This document shows positions 18,453 to 27,935 of a DNA stretch of 64,000 nt, in pieces (position 1 is the first letter of the stretch; each line of letters opens with the position of its first letter). The translations under genes and the position numbers were made by a program. The notes under the pieces are model-generated. The model made no database searches. It saw only the letters and a list, made by a program, of their open reading frames with translations, and had not been told where the DNA came from. Source of the stretch: Candidatus Hadarchaeales archaeon (lineage in GTDB: Archaea > Hadarchaeota > Hadarchaeia > Hadarchaeales > Hadarchaeaceae); NCBI GenBank assembly GCA_038851075.1, contig JAWCLG010000001.1, positions 32,001 through 96,000 of the forward strand, read 5' to 3'.

Positions 18453-19007
18453 ATGGCAAAAAGCAGTTATGGTTGCATGCCAGAGAACTCGAGACCAAGC
18501 AAGGATGAATACTACCTGAGCATAGCTAAGGCGGTCTGCCAGAGATCACCGTGCATAAGGCGCCAGTTCGGTGCGATAGTCGTCAGGGACGATGTGGTGG
18601 TGTCCACTGGATACAACGGTCCGGCAAGGGGTGTGGTCAACTGCATGGAGGTGGGGTGCCTGAAAAATGAGCTAAACCTACCGCATTACTCAGGATACGA
18701 GAGCTGTGATGCGGTGCACGGGGAAGAAAATTGCATAATCAACGCTGCGAGGCATGGAGCGAGCGTGCTGGGGGGAACGCTGTACCTCTACGGACAGGAG
18801 TTCGGGGATGCCAGGCCCATTGAGGGAAAACCGTGCGACAGGTGCAAGCGTGCGATAATAAACGCGGGAATAAAGGAAGTCGTGACGATGAAACCGGATG
18901 GAAGAATAGTTCGATTTAAGGTTGCGGACTGGGTGAAGGAAGACACAGAAGACTATCTTGCGAAGCTAAAAGATGTCAAAAGGCACAGAAAAGAAAAAAA
19001 GCCATGA
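18453..19007 (+). CDS. dCMP deaminase (ComEB family)
   Basis: RPS.DEYY, RS.C.RRQ.GA, TGYNG, VHGEEN, PCDRC zinc ligands. Confidence 0.88.
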   Translation: MAKSSYGCMPENSRPSKDEYYLSIAKAVCQRSPCIRRQFGAIVVRDDVVVSTGYNGPARGVVNCMEVGCLKNELNLPHYSGYESCDAVHGEENCIINAARHGASVLGGTLYLYGQEFGDARPIEGKPCDRCKRAIINAGIKEVVTMKPDGRIVRFKVADWVKEDTEDYLAKLKDVKRHRKEKKP

Positions 19008-19022
19008 CGGGGATATATCTCC

Positions 19023-19083
19023 GGGCGATGAAGAGAAGAGGGTTAAGTGATCCCTGAGATGAACTTAGCTTTTACCTGAGCCC
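19023..19083 (+). ncRNA. Candidate box C/D guide sRNA
   Basis: Intergenic ~60 nt: terminal GGGC/GCCC, C-like GCGATGA (19025-31), internal CTGA then GATGA (D'/C'), D box CTGA (19076-79). Confidence 0.45.
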
Positions 19084-19084
19084 A

Positions 19085-19993
19085 CTACCGCCTGAGCGGT
19101 ATGTTTATCTCGTCCAGATCACTTGGGGCGGTCACGTTTTCAAACACGGCGGCTGCATCCTTGAGTAGCTGGGACGTGTCAGTATATCGCGGACTTATGT
19201 GGAAAAGAACCAGCAGCTCCGCGCGCGCCTCCCTCGCAGTTTCAGCGGCCTCTCTTGAAGTGGAGTGCGAGTTCTCAGCCGCCTTATCCCTCAAGTCATC
19301 GGAAAAAGTGGAGTCGTGAATCAGCACGTTCGCTCCGGACGCTAGCTTGACTATTTCATCACACGGCCTTGTATCTCCGGTGTAGACTATCTTCCTTCCA
19401 GACCTGGGGGGACCCATCACATCCTCTGGTCTTACCACCCTGTTTCCCACCCTAACGATCTCGCCCGCCTGGAGCTTCGAAAAATCAGGGCCGGGCCTCA
19501 CGCCGAGCGACTCCGCTTTATCCGGATAAAACCTTCCTGGTCTCTTATCCTCAACAAGAGCATACGCCAGCGATGGAACCGGATGCAGCGCTCTGCGGGC
19601 GAGTATCCTGTATCCTCTCATTTCGATCTCTCCTCCATCCCGCAGACCGCCCACAGAGACATCAAAAGTCAGGCTGTACCTCGGAATCTTGATATATTCC
19701 CACAGTCTCTCCCTGTCCTCCAGCGGACAGTATATTCTGAGCGGCGTGCTTCTTCCGAGAAGAGCCATTGTCTGGATCAACCCGGCAAGGCCCAGAAAGT
19801 GGTCTCCGTGCAGATGCGTTATGAAGATCGAACTTATCTTTAAAGGGCTCAGTCCTGCTCTCGTCATCTGCACCTGAGTCCCCTCACCGCAGTCGAACAG
19901 AAGAAGCTCTTTTTCCCTCCTCACTGCCACAGCCGGAAGCGACCTCGTAGCGGTTGGGATACTGCCGCTGGTGCCGAGAAGGATAATCTTCAA
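19085..19993 (-). CDS. rnz: Ribonuclease Z
   Basis: LGTSGSIPT, DCGEGTQ, THLHGDH, GP-rich exosite, YTGDTRP, HST, HISPRY. Confidence 0.96.
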   Translation of the reverse strand: MKIILLGTSGSIPTATRSLPAVAVRREKELLLFDCGEGTQVQMTRAGLSPLKISSIFITHLHGDHFLGLAGLIQTMALLGRSTPLRIYCPLEDRERLWEYIKIPRYSLTFDVSVGGLRDGGEIEMRGYRILARRALHPVPSLAYALVEDKRPGRFYPDKAESLGVRPGPDFSKLQAGEIVRVGNRVVRPEDVMGPPRSGRKIVYTGDTRPCDEIVKLASGANVLIHDSTFSDDLRDKAAENSHSTSREAAETAREARAELLVLFHISPRYTDTSQLLKDAAAVFENVTAPSDLDEINIPLRR

Positions 19994-21024
19994 CCCTTCT
20001 TCCTCCTGAAAACCTGTACCTTTCTGGTGAGGCTTCTGTGAACCCTTTGTTCATGAGATTCTATCAGCCTGAATCCGACTCCTGCGGCGATGTCCTCAAG
20101 CTCCACACCGTCCGGAGATGTGATGCACAGATACCCCTTTTCCTTGAGTATCTCCGCAATTGACGGAATAGCCTCTCTGTACAGTTTGACCAGTTCGGAC
20201 CCCATCGTTGAAGCCTGTCTTCCATAGGGCGGGTCGGTGGCCACAGCGTCAGCCTTAACCGGAGGCAGCTTCCGCGCATCCCCGACCATCAGCTGAAAGT
20301 TCGTTATTCCAAATGCCTCAAGGTTTTTTCTGCTCCCTTCAATCATTTCCTTCTCAGCGTCAACGCCTATCAGTGTGGCCCCGATCAGCCCGGCCTCTAT
20401 GAGTATCCCGCCAACACCGCAAAAGGGATCCATAAAAGTCCCCCTTCTCGGGGTTCTCGCCAGGTTTACCATGCAGCGTGAAAGTATAGGGGGGAGGGTA
20501 CTCGGATGAAACGCCGGGCGTGCACTCGGTCTTCTCCTCAGGAACTGTTTTCTGTCGACCGACGCCAGGCTTGTTCCGAAAACGCAGACCTCCCCGGTCA
20601 GCACCCCCAGCAGCTCCACCTGCGGATGCGTGAGGTCGACCGTGAACTCAATCTCGCTGGCGATCATGTCCGCTATCTCTCTGGAGAGTACGATCGGGTC
20701 TATATGGGGTGCGCTGTTTTTGATCCTCGTAATCCTCACCGCAAACGTTCTCCCGTGAGGAATTATGTCGAGGAGATCAGAACTTCCAACAGCGCCGAGT
20801 ATATCGTCGCCGGCGCTGACAGTGCAGAGGTGCTGATATATGCCCCTCGTCATCGAAAGCCTTGAGGCGAGAACTTCCGGATTCACGCCGGTTTCCGCGA
20901 GAAGAACCTGTTCGAACTGCTCCACCACCTTGAAAGCCTTGTGCTCCGCCTGCATCGCTGCCTGCGCCTCAGCTGACGGCAGGGTTGGATGCTCACCCGA
21001 GAGCAGGAACATCAGGACTGCCAT
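19990..21024 (-). CDS. trm11: tRNA (guanine-10-N2) methyltransferase (THUMP + MTase), archaeal Trm11
   Basis: LSGEHPTLP, THUMP region, RPAFHP, MVNLA, DPFCGVGG, TDPPYG. Confidence 0.9.
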   Translation of the reverse strand: MAVLMFLLSGEHPTLPSAEAQAAMQAEHKAFKVVEQFEQVLLAETGVNPEVLASRLSMTRGIYQHLCTVSAGDDILGAVGSSDLLDIIPHGRTFAVRITRIKNSAPHIDPIVLSREIADMIASEIEFTVDLTHPQVELLGVLTGEVCVFGTSLASVDRKQFLRRRPSARPAFHPSTLPPILSRCMVNLARTPRRGTFMDPFCGVGGILIEAGLIGATLIGVDAEKEMIEGSRKNLEAFGITNFQLMVGDARKLPPVKADAVATDPPYGRQASTMGSELVKLYREAIPSIAEILKEKGYLCITSPDGVELEDIAAGVGFRLIESHEQRVHRSLTRKVQVFRRKKG

Positions 21025-21031
21025 GAAGCGC

Positions 21032-21901
21032 TCACCCTAAGGCTTCCGCGATGAGCCCGGATACTGAAACCCTGCTCACTTCCCGCTCTATGGTATCCGT
21101 TGATATTACATCTTTCACTCCGGCCCTCTTCATCCTGACCAGCGCATTGCCGCTCAGGACCGGATGCGTGCATGCTGCGTAGACCGCTCTGGCGCCCATC
21201 CTCCTCAGGCTCTTCGAGGACTCGGCGATGGTGCCACCGGTGCTTATTATGTCGTCGAGCAGTATTATGTCCCTTCCCCTCACATCAAAGCTCACCGGAG
21301 AGACCTCTACCTTTTCCGGAGATATTCTTCTCTTCTCAACATGGCTGTAATCCGCCCCCATCTCAAGCGCGGCGATCCTCGCCCTTTCTTCCGCACCCCT
21401 GTCGGCCCCGAGAACTATCGGTCTCTTCAGCCTCATCCTTTTTAGGTGCTCCCCGATGGCACGCGCGGCAGTTAGGTCAATCGCCCTTATCGAAAAGTGC
21501 GAGAGGGTTTCCCTGTGATGAATATCAACAGTTATGAATCCGTCCGCCCCGGCGCCCTCGATGAGCCTGCACACCGTCTTCACGCTGAGCGCTTCTCCAG
21601 GCCTGAAGCGCCTGTCCTGCCTGGCGTACGCGAGATACGGCACGACGGCGATAATCTCCTTAGCCCCCATGTCTCTGAGAAGATCCGTGATGAAGAGAAG
21701 CTCCATCAGATTTTCGTCCTGAGGGGCTGCCGTTGACTGAACGACCACGGCTTTCTCTCCGTCCACCCGCTCCACAATCCTGACGTAGAGCTCTCCATCC
21801 GGAAAACGTTTAACCTCTGGCCTGATTATCCTGCAGCACAGCTTTTTCGATAGCCTTGCAGATAGAAGGGGCGATGCAGACCCTGATACGACCGCTACCA
21901 T
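21032..21901 (-). CDS. prs: Ribose-phosphate pyrophosphokinase
   Basis: FPDGELYVRI, PYLAYARQDR, DDIISTGGT. True start ATG 21901; the track extension overlaps the divergent gene. Confidence 0.95.
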   Translation of the reverse strand: MVAVVSGSASPLLSARLSKKLCCRIIRPEVKRFPDGELYVRIVERVDGEKAVVVQSTAAPQDENLMELLFITDLLRDMGAKEIIAVVPYLAYARQDRRFRPGEALSVKTVCRLIEGAGADGFITVDIHHRETLSHFSIRAIDLTAARAIGEHLKRMRLKRPIVLGADRGAEERARIAALEMGADYSHVEKRRISPEKVEVSPVSFDVRGRDIILLDDIISTGGTIAESSKSLRRMGARAVYAACTHPVLSGNALVRMKRAGVKDVISTDTIEREVSRVSVSGLIAEALG

Positions 21902-21947
21902 GCAATCCACGCAATCATTTATTTTGCCTCTTAAAAAATGTACTTGG

Positions 21948-23036
21948 ATGTGGAGAGCATACAGGCCGGATGCGCTTGAGGTCCTGAACGACAGAACTGC
22001 GAGGTCTTCACTCAAAAGGTACTTCGATGTAATGGAGGACAGGGCACCGGCCAGATTCGTTCTGTGCCGGAGCATAGAGGTCAAAGCAGACCTCTCGACC
22101 GGGACCGATGTCCTCTGGAAGATGCACGAAGAAGGAATGCGAACTCTTGTGTCATACATCGGACAAAGGTACGCTTCTGAAAAAACAGATGAACTTCCCT
22201 GCCCGGAAGTCTCGCTTCTGGACCTGAAGATAGAACTCGCGAAAAGAATGCTGAAATCATGCCATTTCTGCGAGAGGAGATGCGGGGTCGACCGCACATC
22301 AGGAAAAACGGGGTTCTGCGGGGTCGGGGCGAACCCCAGGATAGCCTCTGAGTTCATGCATTACGGAGAGGAGCCCGAGCTGGTGCCCAGCTACACGTTG
22401 TTCTTCGCCGGATGCACTTTCAGATGCGCCTTCTGCCAGAACTACGACATATCCCAGGACCCACGCGCCGGCGTCGAGGCTTCACCAAGAATTATGGCGA
22501 AAATGGTCAGTAAAGCCAGGAGGGATGGGGCCAGAAACGTCAACTGGGTCGGCGGCTCCCCCACTCCCAACCTGCATGCGATACTGGAGGCTCTGAAGAT
22601 GTGCGAGGTCAACATCCCCTCGGTGTGGAACTCCAACTTCTACATGACCGAGGAGAGCATGCGCCTGCTTGGCGGCACGCAGGATATCTACCTATCTGAC
22701 TTCAAGTACGGCTCGGATCTATGCGCCTCTCGCCTATCAGGTGTTTCTGGATATCTCAGTGCTGTGAAACGCAACCACCTGCTTGCGCTAGAGGACTCAG
22801 AACTGATAATCCGCCATCTGGTCATGCCAGGACACATCGAATGCTGCACCCGTCCGGTGCTGCAGTGGATATCAAAAAACCTTGGAAAGAACGTCAGAAT
22901 CAACGTGATGGCGCAGTACAGGCCATGCTACAGGGCTGGGGAATACGAGGAACTGAAGAGGACTGTAACATGGGACGAGATGAAAACCGCGCTCAGGATA
23001 GCGGAGGAGTGCGGGATGAAAAACGTGATAAGCTGA
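21948..23036 (+). CDS. Radical SAM protein, PflX family
   Basis: CHFCERRCGVDR, H.GEEPELVPS, GCTFRCAFCQN (CxxxCxxC), WNSNFY, IIRHLVMPGH, QYRP. Confidence 0.9.
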   Translation: MWRAYRPDALEVLNDRTARSSLKRYFDVMEDRAPARFVLCRSIEVKADLSTGTDVLWKMHEEGMRTLVSYIGQRYASEKTDELPCPEVSLLDLKIELAKRMLKSCHFCERRCGVDRTSGKTGFCGVGANPRIASEFMHYGEEPELVPSYTLFFAGCTFRCAFCQNYDISQDPRAGVEASPRIMAKMVSKARRDGARNVNWVGGSPTPNLHAILEALKMCEVNIPSVWNSNFYMTEESMRLLGGTQDIYLSDFKYGSDLCASRLSGVSGYLSAVKRNHLLALEDSELIIRHLVMPGHIECCTRPVLQWISKNLGKNVRINVMAQYRPCYRAGEYEELKRTVTWDEMKTALRIAEECGMKNVIS

Positions 23037-23096
23037 TCCGTCGGCCGTTAAACCGATAGAGTATAATAGGCACGTGAAATCGTAAAGAGGGGGAAT

Positions 23097-24059
23097 ATGA
23101 AGAGGATAGCTGTGGCCACAACCGGCGGAGACGCTCCCGGAATGAACGCCTGCATCAGGACCGTGGTCAGGACGGCGATAGCTGCCGGACTTGAAGTCAT
23201 CGGTGTCGAGGAAGGATTCGAGGGAATGATACGGGGGAAGATGAGGAAAATGGATTCGAGATCCGTGAGCGGAATAATCAACCGCGGAGGCACAATACTG
23301 AGAACGAGCAGGTGCGAGGAAATAAAAGCGGATGAAGGAATAAAAAAGGCCAACAGAAACCTGAAAAGATGGGGAGTGGACGGGCTGATCATCATCGGAG
23401 GCGAGGGATCGTTCAGAGGAGGATGGAGTCTCTACAGCAACTCCAACATACCGGTCGTCGGAATCCCCGCAAGCATAGATAACGACATAGCCGGAACCGA
23501 CGTGACGATAGGATTCGACACGGCGGTGAACACCGCAGTGGATGCGGTTAACAAGATACGGGACACCGCCTTCTCTCACGAACGGGTTTTCCTTGTTGAG
23601 GTCATGGGGAGAACAAGGGGGTTTCTGGCGCTTGAGGTGGCTCTGGCGTGCGGTTCTGAGATGGTACTGATACCGGAGGTGGAGTACAGCGTTGATGAGA
23701 TAGTTTCGAGACTAAAGGAGTGGAGAAAAGCAGGCAAGAAAAGCATAATAATTGTAATGGCGGAGGGAGCAGGAAGCCCAGATGCGATATCCGAACATAT
23801 ATCGGATCTTACCGGATACGAGGTCAGAGTATCAAAACTCGGGTACATACAGAGGGGTGGATCTCCGACCGCAGCCAGCATAAGGCTTGCCACACTTTTC
23901 GGTCATCAGGCGGTAAGGACCATCAGGGGTACTAAAGGGGCCAGGATGCTGGGTTTCACCAACGGAAAGGTGATCACGCGCCCGCTCAACTACCCTCTGA
24001 CTCACAGAAAGGAAATCGACATGAGCGTCTACAGGCTCGTACAATCAATGTCCATATGA
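23097..24059 (+). CDS. pfkA: 6-phosphofructokinase, bacterial PfkA family (ATP-type signature)
   Basis: TTGGDAPGMNA, GGTILRTSR, IGGEGS, PASIDND, TIGFDTA, EVMGR, LGYIQRGG. Confidence 0.93.
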   Translation: MKRIAVATTGGDAPGMNACIRTVVRTAIAAGLEVIGVEEGFEGMIRGKMRKMDSRSVSGIINRGGTILRTSRCEEIKADEGIKKANRNLKRWGVDGLIIIGGEGSFRGGWSLYSNSNIPVVGIPASIDNDIAGTDVTIGFDTAVNTAVDAVNKIRDTAFSHERVFLVEVMGRTRGFLALEVALACGSEMVLIPEVEYSVDEIVSRLKEWRKAGKKSIIIVMAEGAGSPDAISEHISDLTGYEVRVSKLGYIQRGGSPTAASIRLATLFGHQAVRTIRGTKGARMLGFTNGKVITRPLNYPLTHRKEIDMSVYRLVQSMSI

Positions 24060-24736
24060 GGGGATCTCCTCTGCCCTCCCGCTTGAAAGTTCACAGGCTG
24101 GGCGGCCGCGGCTTCGACTCCAACATTTACCTCATCGTTGATCAGAAAATCGCGCTGATAGACGCCGGGACCGGGAGCAACGTTGAAACAACGCTGGGCG
24201 AGCTTGGCAGGATCGGTGTTCGTAAAATAGACATACTCATCAATACGCACTGTCACTATGACCACGCTGGAGGAGATCACGAAATCAGAAGGAAATTCGG
24301 GTGCGATATCGCGATTTACCGGGCTGAAGCAGAATTCCTTCGAAAAGGGGATTCTCACATGACGCTTTCAGCTGAATTTTTCGGTGAGACCATGAAAGCG
24401 GTTGACGTGTCGCATGAGTTGAATGAGCGTGATGAAATAAATCTTGGAAAAAACAGCCTTGAGGTGATCCACACTCCTGGACACACCGAAGGCAGCATAT
24501 GCCTACACTGTCCTGAAGCAGGCGTACTTTTTTCCGGCGACACGGTGTTCGCCGATGGAATAGGCAGGACCGATCTTCCGTCCAGCGACCACGAAAAGAT
24601 GAAAGAGTCGCTCGGCAGGATCGCCTCGATTGAATTCGATGAGCTGTTCCCCGGGCACGGCCCGGCCCTGAAGACCGGTGGACGGGAGACGGTAAAACGT
24701 ATTCTCAGAGAGTACTTCCCGGAACGGGGTAAATAG
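24056..24736 (+). CDS. MBL-fold metallo-hydrolase (glyoxalase II-like)
   Basis: THCHYDH, HTPGHT, SGDTVF, PGHG. Confidence 0.88.
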   Translation: MRGSPLPSRLKVHRLGGRGFDSNIYLIVDQKIALIDAGTGSNVETTLGELGRIGVRKIDILINTHCHYDHAGGDHEIRRKFGCDIAIYRAEAEFLRKGDSHMTLSAEFFGETMKAVDVSHELNERDEINLGKNSLEVIHTPGHTEGSICLHCPEAGVLFSGDTVFADGIGRTDLPSSDHEKMKESLGRIASIEFDELFPGHGPALKTGGRETVKRILREYFPERGK

Positions 24737-24737
24737 A

Positions 24738-25259
24738 ATGATAATCGTGCTGATCGCAATAATGATGGTGATCCTTCTATTTCTGGCCTCCCTTCTTATC
24801 ACATTTTACTGGGGGGCACCATGGTCCCCCACTCCGATGAGGACTGTCAGAAAAATGCTCGAGCTGGCCGAGGTAAAGAAGAACGAAAAGGTGTACGACC
24901 TGGGGTCAGGCGACGGGAGAATAGCGCTGACCGCTGCAAGGGAGTTCGGCGCGCTTTCGGTCGGTGTGGAGATAAATCCAATACTCCATCTGCTGGCGCG
25001 CCTGAGGAGGTCCATTTCTGGTCCAGACAGCGGCGTGACCCTTCTCAGAAAGAACTTTTACGATGTCAATCTCGCGGATGCTGACGTTGTGGCTGTGTAT
25101 CTCTCACCCTGGGGGAACAGGAAACTGATGAAAAAGCTGATCAGGGAGATAAGGGCCGGGACGAAGGTGGTTTCTCACAAGTGGAGGTTCGATGAGTGGG
25201 AGCCCGCGAAGGTAGATAAAAAACATCAGATCTATCTTTATGTCTTCCAACGGAAGTGA
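24738..25259 (+). CDS. Membrane-anchored SAM-dependent methyltransferase (FAM173/aKMT-like)
   Basis: N-terminal TM; PWSPTP...MLELA..YDLGSGDGR, GVEINP, VVSH. Confidence 0.8.
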   Translation: MIIVLIAIMMVILLFLASLLITFYWGAPWSPTPMRTVRKMLELAEVKKNEKVYDLGSGDGRIALTAAREFGALSVGVEINPILHLLARLRRSISGPDSGVTLLRKNFYDVNLADADVVAVYLSPWGNRKLMKKLIREIRAGTKVVSHKWRFDEWEPAKVDKKHQIYLYVFQRK

Positions 25260-25260
25260 G

Positions 25261-25497
25261 ATGGTGGGTCCCAGAGAAACACTGAACAGGCTGAAGTGGT
25301 GCAACGAGATGAAGGATGTGAAGATCACGATAATTCACAGAGGGGCTCCGGGAGACAGAAAAACATTCACCGAGGATGAAATCGTTGAACTGGGCAGAAG
25401 CTTCATGCGGGTCAGGTCGAGTTCCGGAGAGGTCGAGATCCCGTACCACAGGATAGTGAGAATAGAGATTGGGGGCAAAGTGATCTGGGAGAGGTGA
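25261..25497 (+). CDS. UPF0248/DUF504 (MJ1316-like) protein
   Basis: RE.LNRLKW, IIHRGAPG, IPYHRI, WER. Confidence 0.85.
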   Translation: MVGPRETLNRLKWCNEMKDVKITIIHRGAPGDRKTFTEDEIVELGRSFMRVRSSSGEVEIPYHRIVRIEIGGKVIWER

Positions 25498-25501
25498 TGT
25501 T

Positions 25502-26668
25502 CTGGAGCTCCTGGTCGAACTGCTGGTGCTGCTGCTGGTCGCCAAGGTGTTCGGCGAGATATTTCACCACTTCGGGTTCTCAGCGATGATAGGAGAGGTG
25601 CTCGCGGGAGTGCTTCTGGGACCAGCTGTCCTAGGACTGTTCTCGCAGAGCGCATACATTGAAACGGTAGCAATGCTCGGACTGCTAATATTGATGCTGG
25701 TGTCCGGGATGAATTCCAGGTTCGAGCTTCTGAAGACCATAAGGCTAAAGTCCGCTATAATCTCCCTGTTTGGAGTATGTGTATCCCTAGGACTCGGAGC
25801 GCTGGCAGGGTACCTCTGGACCGGAGATATATTTCCGGCGATATTCATTGGAGCGGTGCTCAGCAATACGGCCACAGAAGTTGTGGTCAGATTCACATCT
25901 AAAAGCTCAATTTCCCATCTGGTGACCGCGGCCGCCCTGATAGACGACATCATCGCCGTTTACATTCTGGGACTTGTGTCAACCTCAACTATAAAACAGG
26001 CGCTTGGACTGCCTACCGACCCGGCTGCAATAGCGATTACCACCGTAGGTATAATCGCGTTCTTCATCCTGACCATCTACCTCTCCAAGCTCGTAATTAT
26101 CCGGCTGGATGTGATGAAGCGCCTCTGGAAACACAAGGGGAGAGGGATACCTGTAACTTTTGCGATGGTCCTTGCGCTGCTTTTCGCTGTTGTTGCGAGA
26201 TACGTTGGGATGCATGAGATCATAGGCGCTTACATGGCCGGGCTGTTCATAGGCAGGCTCAGGGAAAAGCCTGACGCCCTCCTTCTGGGCAGAATAAGGC
26301 TGAACGCCTTGCTCGACGACATGGGGACCGTCATGCAGGGGGTGCTGACCCCGTTCTTCTTTGCCTACGTCGGACTTCTCTTCCCACAGCTCGGCGGAAT
26401 AAACCTCCTGATGCTCCTGGCATTCACCGCTGTGGCTTTTGGAGGAAAGATTGCGGGTGCAGGGATGGGGGCTTTAATTGTCGGATTACGTGGAAGCGAA
26501 TCGCTGAAAGTCGGTGTTGCAATGTGCGCGAGAGGAAGCCTCGAACTGGCAATGCTCCAGTTCGGAAGGGTCACTGGAATAATAAGCCTTGAGTTATACT
26601 CCGTGATGGTGGTGATGGTGCTTCTCACCGCCCTGCTGACCCCGGTCATCTTCAGACTGCTTAGATAA
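25502..26668 (+). CDS. Cation:proton antiporter (CPA2/NapA family); probable CTG start
   Basis: GEVLAGVLLGP, AAALIDD, IIGAYMAGL, PFFF, GKIAGA, MCARG; many TMs. First TM is complete only from CTG 25502, which follows GGTGA-N4. Confidence 0.88.
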   Translation: MELLVELLVLLLVAKVFGEIFHHFGFSAMIGEVLAGVLLGPAVLGLFSQSAYIETVAMLGLLILMLVSGMNSRFELLKTIRLKSAIISLFGVCVSLGLGALAGYLWTGDIFPAIFIGAVLSNTATEVVVRFTSKSSISHLVTAAALIDDIIAVYILGLVSTSTIKQALGLPTDPAAIAITTVGIIAFFILTIYLSKLVIIRLDVMKRLWKHKGRGIPVTFAMVLALLFAVVARYVGMHEIIGAYMAGLFIGRLREKPDALLLGRIRLNALLDDMGTVMQGVLTPFFFAYVGLLFPQLGGINLLMLLAFTAVAFGGKIAGAGMGALIVGLRGSESLKVGVAMCARGSLELAMLQFGRVTGIISLELYSVMVVMVLLTALLTPVIFRLLR

Positions 26669-26709
26669 TCCCCTTTTATCCCTGGTCCTCCAAAAATAGC
26701 GGGGTCGAT

Positions 26710-27051
26710 ATGAAGGGAGGACTGGCGGCATCGGATATCATAAGATCCATGCTTATGCTTGGATACGGCCAAGGTCAGATATATGAGGTGCTTACCTGCG
26801 CCGGGCTGAACGGAGAGACGGTGCAACTGCTCATTGATAGAATACTTGCTGAAATCCCAGAAAACGTGACACGCAAGTCTGAACTCAAACAGGGTTTAGA
26901 TGAGATAAAGGAGGAAATTGAAAGCCTGAGGAACGAGATGGCCCTAAGAATAAACACGCTTGCCGGTAAGATCGTCATGGAAAAAGCTAAGACCCGCCCA
27001 TGGCTCTGCCAACGAGAAATGACGCGAAGGCCAATAGGGAAAGCGCCATAA
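26710..27051 (+). CDS. Hypothetical protein (helical N-domain + coiled coil)
   Basis: GGGGT-N4-ATG; fills the gap between genes; 3' end overlaps the convergent transporter gene. Confidence 0.55.
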   Translation: MKGGLAASDIIRSMLMLGYGQGQIYEVLTCAGLNGETVQLLIDRILAEIPENVTRKSELKQGLDEIKEEIESLRNEMALRINTLAGKIVMEKAKTRPWLCQREMTRRPIGKAP

Positions 27052-27916
27052 GCTGCACTGCCAGCGCTTTCCTCGGAGCCGACCTCCACTCGCCCAGAAC
27101 CATGGACCACGCGTTACCTGTGAATATCTGGATGCCCATCATCATCGGATATGACAGCGCAACCCCCACTACATCTGCTGATGCGTAGTGGGAGAGAACC
27201 CCAAACGAAAATATCACTCCACCGATCAGCGGCAAAATCAGGCTGCGCCAACCCCCTGAATTCACCCGCCGATTTCCACGTATGAACGCGCAGAGAGAGA
27301 TAAGCTGGGCCATCCAGAAACCTCCGGTCAGCAGAAGGATCGAAGCCCATGTTCCAACCGCCGGACGTGATCCTCCATAGCCCAGCGCAAACAGACTGGA
27401 GAGAAATCCTGACGCGATGCACACCGGAATTCCTTTTCTAAAGTTTCTCTTCTCTGGGGCATCACCAGACTTGAGGCTTCCAGAGTAGGAACTGATAAGG
27501 GTCCCGAACAAGGCGACCAGCATTCCGCAGATTCCATACAGGAGCGGCTCATCCGACATACCTCCGGAGAAAAAAACCATTGAAACAGAAGTTCCAACCA
27601 GCATTCCCAGCCCCAGTATTATCGCATATCCGAGCGCCAATCCCACTAGGGTCAGAGCATATCCGAAGCTGAGAGTGGCCAACCCCCATCCCAGCCCTCC
27701 ACCCAGCCCCCATATCAGGCTTTGCAGATCCGCTCTGCCCAGGCTCGCCATCGTGTTTCCTCCAGCGATAAAACATCCGGCCGCAACTGTGAGGAAAGTC
27801 GTGGCAAAGAAAACCGTAAAAAAGGAGGTCAGACCGGGTCCTCTGTACTTCTTCAGCGTCAGCGACCAGGACCCAAAAAACACCCCTGACAGAATGGCTA
27901 GAATTACGGGCAGCAT
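26987..27916 (-). CDS. DMT-superfamily transporter (RhaT/GRP sugar transporter-like)
   Basis: About 10 TM; GG.GWG, G.ALGY.I..G, N.W..VLGEW motifs. Confidence 0.75.
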   Translation of the reverse strand: MLPVILAILSGVFFGSWSLTLKKYRGPGLTSFFTVFFATTFLTVAAGCFIAGGNTMASLGRADLQSLIWGLGGGLGWGLATLSFGYALTLVGLALGYAIILGLGMLVGTSVSMVFFSGGMSDEPLLYGICGMLVALFGTLISSYSGSLKSGDAPEKRNFRKGIPVCIASGFLSSLFALGYGGSRPAVGTWASILLLTGGFWMAQLISLCAFIRGNRRVNSGGWRSLILPLIGGVIFSFGVLSHYASADVVGVALSYPMMMGIQIFTGNAWSMVLGEWRSAPRKALAVQLMALSLLAFASFLVGRAMGGS

Positions 27917-27935
27917 CTAAGCCCACTCAGCCGGG

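Noticed and set aside
21902-22357. Long N-terminal extension of prs in the ORF track
   Set aside because: Antisense shadow of the PflX radical SAM gene; homology starts at 21901.
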